A stretch of 64,000 nucleotides of DNA, taken from the NCBI GenBank assembly GCA_025558095.1, contig JAIVFI010000040.1, positions 248,001 through 312,000 of the forward strand. The letters are read 5' to 3'. The position numbers and the translations under genes are program-made. Position 1 is the stretch's first letter; every line of letters starts with the position of its first letter. The DNA comes from Hyaloraphidium curvatum SAG 235-1 (lineage: Eukaryota > Fungi > Monoblepharomycota). Below, piece by piece: positions 33,042 through 44,703 of the stretch. Under the pieces are notes generated by a model. The model searched no databases. It was not told the origin of the DNA and saw only the letters and a program-made list of their open reading frames with translations.

Positions 33042-35647
33042 ATGGAAGCCGAACCTGCTCAATCCAAGGCCGCGAAGATGCGGTCGTGGGCCAGCTGGGG
33101 CGACTCGGGCGCTGCTTTGACATTCAGGGACGTGGCGTGCTCCGTCGGGCCCCGCGCAAAGCCGAAGGTGTTGCTCGAGGACGCTGCCGGCTTCTGCGGG
33201 GCAGGACAAGCGCTGGCCATCATCGGCCCCTCGGGCGCCGGCAAGACCACGCTGCTCGACGTCATAGCCCGCAGAAAGACCAGCGGCCGATGGACAGGCG
33301 ACGTGCGGCTCAGCGGCCAGCACCTTTCCGACGCCGCGTTCCTCGCGCATACGGGCTACGTCGGCGCAGGCGACGTGCTCACTGCACACTGCACCTGCAG
33401 GGACGGGCTCTCATTCGTCGCTGTGCTGCGCCTCCCTCGGAACGCGTCCAGCGCGAGTCGCCGCGAATGGGTCGACGGAGTTCTTGCGGCCATGCGCCTC
33501 GAACACCGCGCGGACAGCCGCATCGGCAGCACCCTCGTCCGCGGCATCTCCACGGGCGAGCGCAAGCGCCTGCAGGTCGCCTGCGAACTGCTGCCCTCGG
33601 TCCGTCTGCTCCTCATGGATGAGCCCACTACGGGCCTTGACTCTGCGACGGGCAAGGAGGTCATTTCCTGCGTGCTGGAGGCCGTCCGGCTGCGCAAGCT
33701 GGCCTGCGTCGCGGTCCTCCATCAGGCGTCGGGCTCGATCCTGGAGCAATTTGACCTCATCATGGCCCTGGCCAACGGGCACATGTGCTACTTTGGGCCG
33801 ACCACGGCTGCGCCACGGTACTTTGAGCTTACGGGCACGCCGATCGAGGGGAACCCAGGCGATTGCTACGCTGAAGCCCTAGCCATGCGGTCGTCGACCA
33901 TGATCGAGGCGTGGAAGGGCTCGGAAGCCCGGGCAGCCCTGATGCAGCGCCTCGACGCGCTTCACTCCGAAAACCCCGCCGCGGAAAGCGACGGCCCGCT
34001 CGAGGTGCCGAAAGGCCTCGTATCCTGGGGCTGTGGTGGCGCGGGCCCGCCAGCCCTGTGGCCCACGCAGTTTTGGCGCATCTTCCGGCGCGAGTTTGGC
34101 GCGACCGTGCGCGACCGCTCCCTGGGCCTCTTCCTCATCCTAACGGCCCTCATCGGTGGGCTGTTTATTGGGTTGATGTTCTACGGGTCATCGAGGACTG
34201 ATTACCGTAGGTGTCTGCTTCGCATGATCAACTGACATCGCTAAGCTCCCTTGAACTGCTCTTCAAGGCGGCACCAGCGCCCGCATCGCTGCATCAACAA
34301 TGATCGTGGCAATCCTTGCTTTGTTGTCCTTCTCCTTTGCCTCCCACGTGATCGAGCAGCGCAAGCAGTACTATCATGAGCTAGCAGCAGGCTGCTACGT
34401 TCGCAGTGCGTACCTCGCTGCCGTTTTTGCGAACTGGCTAGCATGGCAGTGCCTTGTCGTGGTGCGTTTCCCGTTCGCGACCGCACGCTTCGATTCTGAC
34501 GATTCGGCCAGGCAATTTTCATGGTCATTGCACTCGGCATGGCTGGCTGGAACCCGGCAAATTTGGGCCGCTACATCGGCTACGGGCTTTCGGCGTCATT
34601 CCCCGCCGCGGTTGGTTCCCCTTGCGCACGTGCACGGTGCCAAAACTGAACATGACACATGCAACCCAGGCCCTTGCACTGCTGATCACCAACGTTTCCC
34701 CCACCACGACCTTTGCCAGTGCTGTGCTTACCCTAGTGGCCTTTACTGTTTGGATGCTCGGGTGAGTGGCTCGCCGCCCTCATTCTTTTGTCTGAAGCTG
34801 AACGTGCGCCGTGGCAGGGGCCGTCATCCAACCAACTCGACACTGTACACTATGCACCCGTCTGTCAAGGTGTTCTGGCAGTGGTTCAGCTACGTCAGGC
34901 TGTGGTATATCCCCGCGGTTCGGGAGGAGTGTGCCGACATGAAGTTCACGTGCCAGCCACAGGACATGCTGCAGTTGCCCATCGGGAAGATGTCGGGGCA
35001 GGGCTCCAACAGAACGGCGGCGGCACGGCTTCAGGCAGCGGCGCGGGGAAACGTGACCCTGCTGCGTATTCTGAACGCCTTCCCCGGGGTGGAGGAGGCG
35101 CACGCGGCGGCGACAGATTTACTGGCGCTGAGCGAGCGGGTGCGGGACTTTGAGGCCGCCGCGGCGGCAGTGCAGGGCGGCGGCGTGCCCGATGCCGCTG
35201 AAGCGGCTTCCACGCTCGCGCAGGCCGCCTCGATCGCCCGCTCCGCCTTCGCTTCCGCAGTCAATGCTACCGGGGAAGCCGCCATCTCCGCAGCGCTCGG
35301 CGCGGCCTTTGCAGCGCACGGTCTGCTTGCCTTTGCCTCGTCGGTGGCGCCCGGCGTCGGAACCGTGCCTCATTGCAGGTTGACCACCGGAGACGAGTTT
35401 CTTGCCATCCAGGCTGGATTCGACTGGATCCACTGGGACGATCATGGAATCATTGTTGGGCACGGCGTGGACCATCCCAACGTCACCCCCACGGGGTTCT
35501 ACATCGCAGGCGAGCCTTTTCTCTCGAGGACGTCGAGTCGATCGCGTGCTGATCCCCGTGCGACCCGCAGTTGCCTTCATCACGGGCATCGGGTGGCTTT
35601 TCATGGCGTACATCGCGCTGTGGTTCTGCAACTTCAGGTCCAACTGA
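33042..35647 (+). CDS. Half-size ABCG (white-like) transporter B
   Basis: GPSGAGKTT, ISTGERKRL, LLMDEPTTGLD, VLHQ; TMD split by several introns, including GC-AG 35510-35570. Confidence 0.85.
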
Positions 35648-36072
35648 AGGTGCGAGGCGCATGTGAGGGGAACTGGATCCGACGTCGCGGCAGAGGCGCT
35701 GGCCGGGGCCGGGTGGAAGCGGCGGGGCGAGGCGGGCCTGCGGGGCGGGTTGTCGGCGGAGCTGGTGGAGGCGATCGCCATGGATCGCTTGGAACTGCTG
35801 TGTGTGCTTTAATTTATGAATTTGACGTCTTGATGTGGAGGCCTGCGCGAGCCCGTGATGATCGATGGAGGTCGTGTCGACGTCAGAAACAAAAGCCATG
35901 AACGGACCTGCGTTGCCCGCACCCGCGCCGGTTCAGACCGGCGTCGGACTCAACCCGCTCAGCAGCGCCCGGATCATCAGCATGCGCGGGCCGGGCGTGG
36001 AGTTTGTGCGTCCTTCCCAGCGGCGGCCGCTTAATCGACGCGTCACCCACGCTCCCGCTCCCCAGCCCATCT

Positions 36073-37428
36073 ATGACGAACGCGGCAAAATTCGACCTCA
36101 CCGGGGACCCTGAAGAGCCGGACGCCCTTGCGCTCGGCCTGGTACGCGCTTCTGCCTCCGTCGCTGGGGGCTTGTGGTGACGTGGACGCTCCCGCAGCAG
36201 GAAACGACGTACACCCGCGAGGTCTCGATCAAGGACACGTGGTCGACGCCTTCCTTCGTGCGGTTTCTTCGCCACTGGATCGTCGAGGAGGACGCGTCGC
36301 TCGGGTTCTGGGAGGGGCTCGGGGCGTTCAACGAGGTGACGCCCCTCCAGGTGCTCCAGAACCTCTCGCAGAAGCTGCGGCTCCACGCCGAGTACGCGCG
36401 CATCGCGGCGGATCGGGGGCTCTGCGACCTACTCGCCGACGTGCTGGATCGGTTCCGCCGCTGGATCGATCTGCCCGCGGGAAGCCGCGACGAGGGCCAC
36501 GAGCGAGCGATGCGGGTGACCACCCTTTCGAATCCGCGGTCATTGTCTGATCGTTGCGTTTGCAGGCCAGAGGAAGCTCTCTCCGTTGCGTTCGAGCTGT
36601 GTCGGTACCCCGACGGCGCGGCCGCCGTGGTCGACTCGCGCCTCTTCACCTCGGTCCTCGGTTTCCCCATCGAGCGCGTCGCATCCGCCGCTTCCAAATC
36701 TCCCACGGTGCCGCCGCAGCTCTCGCACAAGTGGGAGTTCCTGCAGGTCTGGATCGATCTCCTGGCACGCTGCATCTGGGCGCTCCGGGACCGGCCCGAC
36801 GATCTGTTGTTCGCCGCCCCCGCGATCCTCAAGAGGCTCGAGGTCGCTGCCGCCCGAGACGTGGATCGGAGCTTCCAAAGCGCACCGAGCGACAAGCACT
36901 TCAACATTCGTGCGGGTTTCGAGGACCTACGGCGGCTGGCTCGCTTGATCTGCGACGAGGGCGAGTTCCCCGAGGCGCCGTGGAAATCCTTCTTCTACAT
37001 GGTCGGTCCGGCGGATACCTGATGGAAGTGCGCTTACCGGCCCCGCCGATAGTTTTGCAGGAGAGGGGATGGTACCCGTCGCGGGACGAGCTCAAGGACC
37101 GGGTGGATCCCAAGCTGCACGAGCTGGGCGAGAAGCTCAGGAAGCAGAACCTGGAGGACGGCCGCGGGCGGGATCCCAAGTCCGAGGTCATGTACTTCTG
37201 CTACGCCTGCGGCCATCAGAAGCACGGGCACAAGCGCTGCGGCCGGTGCAAGACGTACATGTGGGTGTTCGTGCGGTCGTCTTCGCCGCACTCAATCCAA
37301 TAAAATAAAACAGCTACTGCTCGGCCGAATGCCAGAAGTCGGACTGGGCCGAGCACTCACGGGACTGCGTGCCGATGGATTTCTCGGTGAACCCGGTCAA
37401 AAACCTCGGGATGTTCGGGCGTGGGTGA
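36073..37428 (+). CDS. MYND-type zinc finger protein
   Basis: Spliced CYACG..[28 protein letters not shown]. Confidence 0.8.
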
Positions 37429-37675
37429 TTGTCGAAGCGAAAACGAGAAGTAGCTGTTCCAGATCGGAGGGAATGCTTCCGTATATTCCAAAAGACGTAC
37501 GATCGACTGCTTTTCATCGTTCTACGGGTGCCAAGGGTCCGATCGGCGGGCGGCGGAACCGCAATCGGTTTTCAGCCGGCCGGCCGGGTCCAGCCTCTGC
37601 GGCGGCCGTTGCCGCCGACCGCAATACCCCGAGCCACCGACGATGACGACCGGCGAGCCCTGGCAGCCCGCGGCA

Positions 37676-39752
37676 ATGCCCGCCTGTGTGATATGTCAAG
37701 GCATCAAAAAACCGTGCCGGCGTGACCCGGGGTCGGCGGCGTGCCGGCGGTGCCTCCGCCTTTCGCACCGCTGCGAACTGCCCGAGCCGGGCCGCAGCCG
37801 TCGCGAGCGGGAGCGCGAGCGCCGGGCGGCGCGGGCGCTGAGCGGTTTGGGGGGCGCAATTGCGGTGGCGCCGTCGCGGACACCCTCGGGCGAGTCGTGG
37901 TCGGGGGCCGACGCCGGCGCCGCTTCCCGGGGTCCGCGGTCGGCCGGATCGTCGGCCTCGTCGCGCTCCGAGTCGCCCGGATATTTGCCGCTTCAAAATT
38001 GGCAAGTTTCTCAGCACCATGTCGGGGTGCGCTGGGAGCCGGTGCCGCTGCCGCTGGCCGACGGCGGCGGTTTGCCGGTGCTCCCCCCAGGCTTGGACCC
38101 CGCGGCGCTGGTGCTCCCCGCCGTCGCCCAGTTCTGGGAATCGTTCCACCCGATCATGCCGCTGCTGCACAGGCCCTCGCTCGAGGCCTCGTTTACCTCG
38201 CCGCCGGACCCGCTCGGTGCGTTCCCGGCCGCCGGGGGCCGGCCGGCCGCCCTGCTCTACGCGGTCGCGGCCACGGGCGCCAGGGACCTCGAGGGCCACG
38301 GCCTGATCGAGCGCGATCGCTGGCGTCTCGCCGCTCACTACGTTTCCCGATCCGTGGAGTTGCTGGCCGCCGGGTACCTGCGGCGCGACGAGGGGCAGCG
38401 GCCCATTTCGGACCTCGAGGCGCTGATGGCCGTGGGCCTGATGCTCCCAGTGCTCGTCGCCGCGGCACCCATGACGCGCTGGTTCCCGCTGCTCCGGGCA
38501 GCGCTGGCGGTTTCGCGCCGGCTGGCGAACGAGACCCGCACCTCGGTCGAGAAACCGGACGCGGGCTGGGGAGCCTGGGCGGCGCGGGAGATGGTGACCC
38601 GCATGCGCATCTCGTTGGCGGCGCTCGACGTGGGCATCGCATCCATGGCAGGGACCGATCCTATCGACACTTCGTTGTTTTCCGCGCACCGGATGGCACT
38701 CCCCCTGCACGAATCCTATTTCGACCACCCGGATCCCGCGGTCGGGGCGGATGCCGCGCGATCTCCCGACCCTGCCTCGAACCCGTCCCACTCCGGCCCG
38801 CCCTTCGCGGACTTTGGCCAGCCGGACGCCATGCGCGGCGCCCAGCTCGTCCGCGCGCTCGTGACCCCCGCGCTCACGGGCCGGGCATCCGTGCTCGCGC
38901 TCAACCTCCTGGCGACCTTCATGCGCCACCTGTGCCTGCAGATCCACCGCCACGCGCTCGACAGCAACCTCGCCGCCGGCGACGTCATGCGGACCGCGCC
39001 CGACGCCCGGACCCCCGCGGCCCGGATCCTCGCCGCGCGCCTGTCCCTCTTCTCCCGCCTCGCCGCCGAGATCCCCCGCTCCATGCCCCGGGACCTCGCC
39101 CCCTTTGCCGACGGCGACCCGCTGCCCCTCCTCCGCTCCCCGGCCTTTGCCCACCCCGGCGCCGCCTCGGCCGCCCTCGCCGCCCTCGTCGCCTCGCTGG
39201 CCACCGCCGCCGACCCCTTCCTCCCCCCGACCTTCCGCCCCTCCCCCCTGGACCCGCGCGACCTCCCCGCCGCGCTCGCCTCCCTCCGCCCCGCCGCCGC
39301 CCCCCTCCGCGCTATGGTGGCCTGGGATCCCAAAGGGCGGTGGGCGCACTACTCGCTCCTCTCGGTGCTGCACCGGCTCGGCACGGTGCTGGTCGCGTGC
39401 ACCGGGCTCGGGGGGGGCGCGGAGGCGGGGTGGATGCTGGACGCGGTGGCGGGGGCGCTGGACGCCGTGGGGGACCGGTACGGGCCGCACTGTGGGTTCC
39501 TTTTGCGTGCGCGGCCACCGTCGTCCAGGCACGGAACTGACACGGTCCCCCGGATGCGTTGCAGCGAGGCTGATCGCCGGCGCCTTCCGCGCGCACGCGT
39601 CCGCACGGGGCCTGCTGGCGCCGCCGCCGCTGCCGTCCGCGGGCGCCGAGGCCGCGGTGCGGGCCAAGGAGGCGGACGTGCCGGAGGGCGCGGTGGCGGT
39701 GGAGCCGGAGGAGGCGCCGCGGGCGCGGTGGTTCGCGGTGGAGGCCGCCTGA
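37676..39752 (+). CDS. Zn(II)2Cys6 fungal transcription factor
   Basis: ACVICQGIKKPCRRDPGSAACRRCLRLSHRC; middle-homology-like FHPIMPLLHRP and LPLHE; intron ~39492-39564. Confidence 0.85.
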
Positions 39753-39848
39753 GGCGTTGCGGCGTGCGGCTTTCGGGATGCACTGGACGGTCGATGCTCG
39801 AATCTGATGCCCTTTTCGATCTTGACGTGAACCCTCCGCGCGCTGCGG

Positions 39849-41057
39849 TCAGGCCAAGCACGCTGCGGCGACCTGGGCCGAAGCCTCGGCGAGCACCCCC
39901 GCGAACCTCCCCGGCTCCCTCCCCACCGCCTCCCTGTCCACCTCGCAGTACACTGCCCCAGCGCCGTCCTCCGGCTCCGGCAGCCGGATCTCCCCGCCCT
40001 GTTTGCCGAAGCAGACCAGCTCCAGGCGGTCCCCGATCTCGGAGCGCAGCCACCGCAGCGCATCCAGGTCCTCGGCGTCCGCGGCATCCGCCTCGGAGGC
40101 GAAGGAGCGGCACGCCACGGGCAGCCGGCCGCGGAGCAGCGCGGGGGCCATGGCTGCAGCGCAGTGCCGTGCCGGGCGGGCGGTCCAGAGCCGCGCGGCC
40201 GGTCCCCCGGGGCCCGCGCTCCCGGTGAGGTTGCCCAGCATGGCCCACTCGAGGAATGAGGCGTACGTGGCGTTGGAACCCAGCACCGAGACGTTGCTCC
40301 GGTTTGCGCGCGCCGGTGCGGCCGTGGCGTTTGCCATCCACGCCGGGGCGCGGGAGCCCAGCGCGGCGGCCAGCGCGGCGGGGACCGGGTCCTCGTGCAG
40401 AGCGGCGCAGCCCTCCAGCGAGGCCACGACGAAGCGCGCGTCGGGGAAGGCGGCGAGCCAGTTTTGCAGGATGGCGGCGTAGGGCACCGCGCGGCCCGAG
40501 GCCACGAAGGGGAGGAAGGCGGGGCCGCCAAAGTCGGTGCGGTGGAAAGAGAGCTGCGCGTACAGCGACGGCACGCGGGCTGCGAAGCGGCGGTGCACGG
40601 CGACCACCGCGATCTCGGCGTGCTCTGCCGACGCTGCCAGGGGTTTTAAGTGGATTGCCGCGCACGCGTCGAACTCCTCGCTCGAGACGACCAGCGAGGC
40701 GTTGCCGCGCACTCCAGACACTTCCGCGAGCAGCCCAGCGAGCACGCCGCCGTCGCCGTTGGCGTGGCCGCGCAGGGCAAACGCCGCCGGCGCGACGGAC
40801 TTGCCGCACTCCTCGCCGGCCGCGGGGGCAAACACGCCGACGCCGTCCGCCGCCAGCCCGTCCCGCCACGCGCACAGCGTATCCTGCAGCGTCGTGCTGC
40901 CCGTCTTGTGCGGCCCGACGTGGACCACGACGAGCGGGCGGCCCTCGCCTCCCGGTTCCCCGTCCCTCCAAGGCGGCACACGCCGCAGCGCCGCCGCAAG
41001 CAGCACCAGCGTGGCCAGCAGGCCGGCACGCAAGGAGCCCACCGTCCGCGGCTGCAT
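39849..41057 (-). CDS. Type II membrane sulfotransferase-like protein 1
   Basis: N-terminal TM anchor; PAPS-binding-loop-like VVVHVGPHKTGSTTLQ; LVVSSEEF; R..PSLYAQ; intronless. Confidence 0.7.
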   Translation of the reverse strand: MQPRTVGSLRAGLLATLVLLAAALRRVPPWRDGEPGGEGRPLVVVHVGPHKTGSTTLQDTLCAWRDGLAADGVGVFAPAAGEECGKSVAPAAFALRGHANGDGGVLAGLLAEVSGVRGNASLVVSSEEFDACAAIHLKPLAASAEHAEIAVVAVHRRFAARVPSLYAQLSFHRTDFGGPAFLPFVASGRAVPYAAILQNWLAAFPDARFVVASLEGCAALHEDPVPAALAAALGSRAPAWMANATAAPARANRSNVSVLGSNATYASFLEWAMLGNLTGSAGPGGPAARLWTARPARHCAAAMAPALLRGRLPVACRSFASEADAADAEDLDALRWLRSEIGDRLELVCFGKQGGEIRLPEPEDGAGAVYCEVDREAVGREPGRFAGVLAEASAQVAAACLA

Positions 41058-41218
41058 GGAGAGAGAGCAGTGTTCAAGCAGGTGATCAAACACGGGATTG
41101 CATCCGTTTATTGTTCGGCGCCGACCATCCCCAGGATCGATCGAGCCCCACGACCGGCACACAAGCCGCACCTCGATGTCGATTCTCATTACACGGAAGC
41201 CTGCCGGGCGCCTACCGA

Positions 41219-42379
41219 TTACCGATTACGCCCGTCTGCTCTCGCGGATGTCCATTCGCGGTCCGCGTCCGGATCGAGCCCCAGCTGCACCCGCACGCGC
41301 CTTCTGGCGTACCGGTACAGCGCCTCGTCCTCCGCCAGCGCGGCCCTCACCATCCCCTCGGCGCGCTCCCCCAGCGGCACCCTCTCCTCCTCGGCCCTGG
41401 CGTTGACCGTCCGGGAAGCGTTCCACGCCAGCCAGGGCAGGTACCTCGCCCTCACCTGCTCGAGCGAGGCCGGGTCGGAAAAGTCCAGCACCACGCACCC
41501 GTCGAGCGTGCGCCGGACCAGCGCCGGGTCCGCGGGCGCGGTGCGCGCGAGCCGGTGGCGCTCGGGGATCCACGGGTGCGGGACCGGGGCCGGGGCGCCG
41601 GTCAGGGTGCGGAGGAGCGAGTTTGTGGGCCCGCCGAGCTCGGCGAACCAGGCCGCGCGCGATGGCAGCGACAGGTCCGGGTCGGCGGGCGGCGGCGCGG
41701 CGGGGTCCGTCGCTGATGCCGTTGCAATTTCCAGCAGTTTTGCGGCGCCGGTGCGCGGGTCCAGCAGCGCGGCCAGCTCCTCCGCGGTCAGGTTCTCCGG
41801 CGATCGGAAGCCGCCCCCGGGTTTCGGGAACGGGCACCTCGTCGCCGCGTACGCCATGAACGCATCCGACGGCTTCCGCACGCCGACGAGGCACGACGGC
41901 GGCCGCAGGCCGCGGGCTTTCCGCGCTTTTGCCACCGCGCGCAGGTCGTGCCGGCTGAAGTGCCCCGCAAACACCGCGACCGCGGCCATCTCGTCCTCCG
42001 CCAGCCCGTCAACGGCGTACACGCGCGCGGGCATCCTTCCGGGGGGCCCGTCGGGCTCGGGGCTTCTGAACGGCGAGGAGTCCCACGCCGCGCGGCCGAA
42101 CCGCTCCACGGCGTCGCCCGCGAGCACCGCCCGCAGCGCCGAAGACACCGGCGCATCCGGGACGAACGCCGGCACCCCGGCCTGCGCCGCATGGGCCCAC
42201 AGCGCCGTCCTCAGCCCGGTGCCGCCGCACTTGCGCACGTGCAGGAAGACCAGCGGCGCCGCGGGGGACGGGGGGGGGATCGGCGGGGGCGCCGGGGCGT
42301 CGCCCTGCGGAAGCGCCGCGAGGCCGGTGGCCGCCGCCAGGCATACTGCGAGCAGGGCGCGGCGGAAGCGGCCGGACAT
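41219..42379 (-). CDS. Type II membrane sulfotransferase-like protein 2 (Sulfotransfer_2-type motif)
   Basis: N-terminal TM anchor; LVFLHVRKCGGTGLR, VFAGHF, VGVRKP, late D..LY.YA; intronless. Confidence 0.75.
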   Translation of the reverse strand: MSGRFRRALLAVCLAAATGLAALPQGDAPAPPPIPPPSPAAPLVFLHVRKCGGTGLRTALWAHAAQAGVPAFVPDAPVSSALRAVLAGDAVERFGRAAWDSSPFRSPEPDGPPGRMPARVYAVDGLAEDEMAAVAVFAGHFSRHDLRAVAKARKARGLRPPSCLVGVRKPSDAFMAYAATRCPFPKPGGGFRSPENLTAEELAALLDPRTGAAKLLEIATASATDPAAPPPADPDLSLPSRAAWFAELGGPTNSLLRTLTGAPAPVPHPWIPERHRLARTAPADPALVRRTLDGCVVLDFSDPASLEQVRARYLPWLAWNASRTVNARAEEERVPLGERAEGMVRAALAEDEALYRYARRRVRVQLGLDPDADREWTSARADGRNR

Positions 42380-42626
42380 GGTGTTGTTTGGATGGCCGGT
42401 GGGGGATCCCTGCGGTATCCCTACATGAGTCGCATGCCCCGGCGGCAAAGACGCTCCCTTTGCCCGCTCCCCGGTGCGCAGAAGAACACACCGGACCAGT
42501 CCTATTGCCAACATGTGCTCATCCCGCCCCACTCGACAGGAGCCGGTGCGACCAGCGCGTTGCATGCCAGGGAGCACCCCCCCCGCCACCACGGATACCC
42601 AAGCCGTTGCGCCCCGGGTTCCGGCA

Positions 42627-44498
42627 CTACGGCACCTGCCCTGCGGCCTCCCCGCACGCACCTTCCACGACCCGATGCGCCCCGGCCAGTCCGACCCCCT
42701 CCCAGCCCGGCGGCCCGGCGTACTCCCGCCCCACCCCCGTCCGCTCGACCTCGACCAAAACCGCCCACGCCCTGCCGTTGGCGTTGCGCAGGTTGGCCAC
42801 CTTGCACACGAGCAGCTGCCTCCCCCCCGCCATCTCCAGGTCCGCGTACCCCGCCCCGAACCCGAACCGCTCCCGCGCCTCGAACACGGCCCGCCCGTCC
42901 AGCCAGCACCGCACCCAGTCGTCGTGCACCACGCGCAGCCGCGCCGGTCCCGCCGGCCCCGTGATGTTGGCCAGGATGTAGGCCGCGGCGAACATGGGCT
43001 GCGCCTCGTTGGATTTGGCCTCGCCGTAGGAGGGGAAGAAGCGCGGGCCGAGGTGCAGCCACCCGTACGCCGGCCGCAGGCGGTGCCACTCCGTCGCGCG
43101 GTCCCGGAACTTGAAGAAGGTCAGCCGCTCCGAGTAGGCCGGATCGTGGCCGCGCTCGGGCGGCCAGCTTTTCCCGAACTCGTCCCACGTCGCGGCGGGG
43201 AAGGGGCCCGCGGAGAGCCACTCGGGGATCAGGACAGCGCGGGGGTGGTCCGGCGCGTACCGGGACCAGAAGGGCACGGGGAGGTCCAGGGCGGGGCTTG
43301 CGGTGCCGTTGTAGCGGGACGGTGCGGGCGGCACGCCCGAGACGATGCGGTCCCGCGGTCCGGAGTGGTAGAACATGAGCACCGTGGCCACGTCGTTCTC
43401 CGGGAGGCGGCCCATGTCGAACACGAACGAGGTCCGGAACGGGATCCGGTCCGAGAGGTAGAACCTGTAGGCGGCCCCGCGCACGGGGAACTGCGGCCCG
43501 AGGTCGCCAAACTCGGAGTGGTGCATCCCCTGGTCCGCGTGCCCGAACGGGCGGGTCGTCCAGCACGACTCCCCGAACAGGTCCTCCCCGCCCGTCCCCT
43601 TGAGCACCCGCGGGTGCGCGGCCTCGCCGTCCAGCATCAGCACCTCCCCGCCCCCATGGTACCAGTTGTCCTCGGCCGTGCCGGACGAGAAGCCCAGGGT
43701 CAGCCCGACGACGAAGCCCCGCCCGCGCGCGTGGCCGAGCCGGTGCAGCCGGCCGCCGGCGGACCCCCCGGGCTCGCGCCTGTACACGGCGCGGAACCGC
43801 AGGGGGTCCACGCGCGCCGACGCGGGGTAGGCGTGCACGGCCGTCTGGATCCACACCCGCATCTTGGCCGCCGCGGGGGGCGAGTCGTTCTGCAGCGTCA
43901 CGCGGGCGCCGCGCTCGAACGGCATGGGCACCGAGAGCGTGTGCGCGCCGTTGGAGGTGCTCTGCACCACGGGCGTGTCGAGGGGCAGGCCCCAGTCGTC
44001 GCCCTTGGGGTGGAAGCGGCCGAACAGGGGGCCGAGCGGGGTCTCCACCGACGGTTCGGCGTCCCCGTCGAAGTAGATCCGCAGGGTCATGTTGATCGCG
44101 TCCTCGGTGTAGGTGCAGAACTGCGGGCGCGCGGGATGCGTGCCGACGCCCGTGACGAGGAAGATCCGCCGGATCGCGCCCTTGCCGCCGACCTCGGCGA
44201 CGACGGTCTCCGAGCCGTAGTCCACGCAGGTCGAGTAGGTGATCCGGTGCGCGGCGTACTCGGTCGGCAGCCGGAGCATGTTGTGGAAGTCCGGCTCGTA
44301 GTCCGGCACCGGCGGCCCGCGCTCCCACGCGTTGTCCGCGGCGCCGGCAGCCACCGGAGCGCCGTCCGGTGCCGACGCGGCCCGCGAGCGCAGGGCGTCG
44401 CTCGCCCCCCAGCGGTACGCGCCCGCGACCGCCGCGAGCAGCACGGCGACGGCGAGCACCGCGGGGCCGCCGCGGGGCAGCGGCACAATGCCGGGCAT
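42627..44498 (-). CDS. Membrane-anchored DUF2961 / GH172-like protein with C-terminal beta-sandwich
   Basis: GKGAIRRIF, LRIYFDGDAEPSVETPLGPLFG, PMPFERGARVTLQND, GTGGEDLFG, AYRFYLSDRIPFRTS; N-terminal TM; intronless. Confidence 0.85.
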   Translation of the reverse strand: MPGIVPLPRGGPAVLAVAVLLAAVAGAYRWGASDALRSRAASAPDGAPVAAGAADNAWERGPPVPDYEPDFHNMLRLPTEYAAHRITYSTCVDYGSETVVAEVGGKGAIRRIFLVTGVGTHPARPQFCTYTEDAINMTLRIYFDGDAEPSVETPLGPLFGRFHPKGDDWGLPLDTPVVQSTSNGAHTLSVPMPFERGARVTLQNDSPPAAAKMRVWIQTAVHAYPASARVDPLRFRAVYRREPGGSAGGRLHRLGHARGRGFVVGLTLGFSSGTAEDNWYHGGGEVLMLDGEAAHPRVLKGTGGEDLFGESCWTTRPFGHADQGMHHSEFGDLGPQFPVRGAAYRFYLSDRIPFRTSFVFDMGRLPENDVATVLMFYHSGPRDRIVSGVPPAPSRYNGTASPALDLPVPFWSRYAPDHPRAVLIPEWLSAGPFPAATWDEFGKSWPPERGHDPAYSERLTFFKFRDRATEWHRLRPAYGWLHLGPRFFPSYGEAKSNEAQPMFAAAYILANITGPAGPARLRVVHDDWVRCWLDGRAVFEARERFGFGAGYADLEMAGGRQLLVCKVANLRNANGRAWAVLVEVERTGVGREYAGPPGWEGVGLAGAHRVVEGACGEAAGQVP

Positions 44499-44703
44499 GC
44501 CGTCCCGCTCCTCCGCTCGACGCCCGCTTCAACGCCGGCAGCGCACGTCCACGTGGGCGGATCCGGCGCGCGTCCTTGTTTCCGGTTCCCAAAACCAGGA
44601 TGCACCGGCCGTTGCCGCATGAGCCGACGGACCGGCCGTCCCGACGAAAACCCGGCCGCCTAGTAGGTGAGCCAAGGATTCCCAACTAACTCTTGCTGAA
44701 TGG

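Noticed and set aside
37514-44685. Long overlapping or antisense ORFs (e.g. 37514-40531 -, 42474-44663 +, 42502-44685 -)
   Set aside because: Arg/Gly/Pro-rich shadow frames expected in very GC-rich coding DNA; the real frames are identified by motifs.
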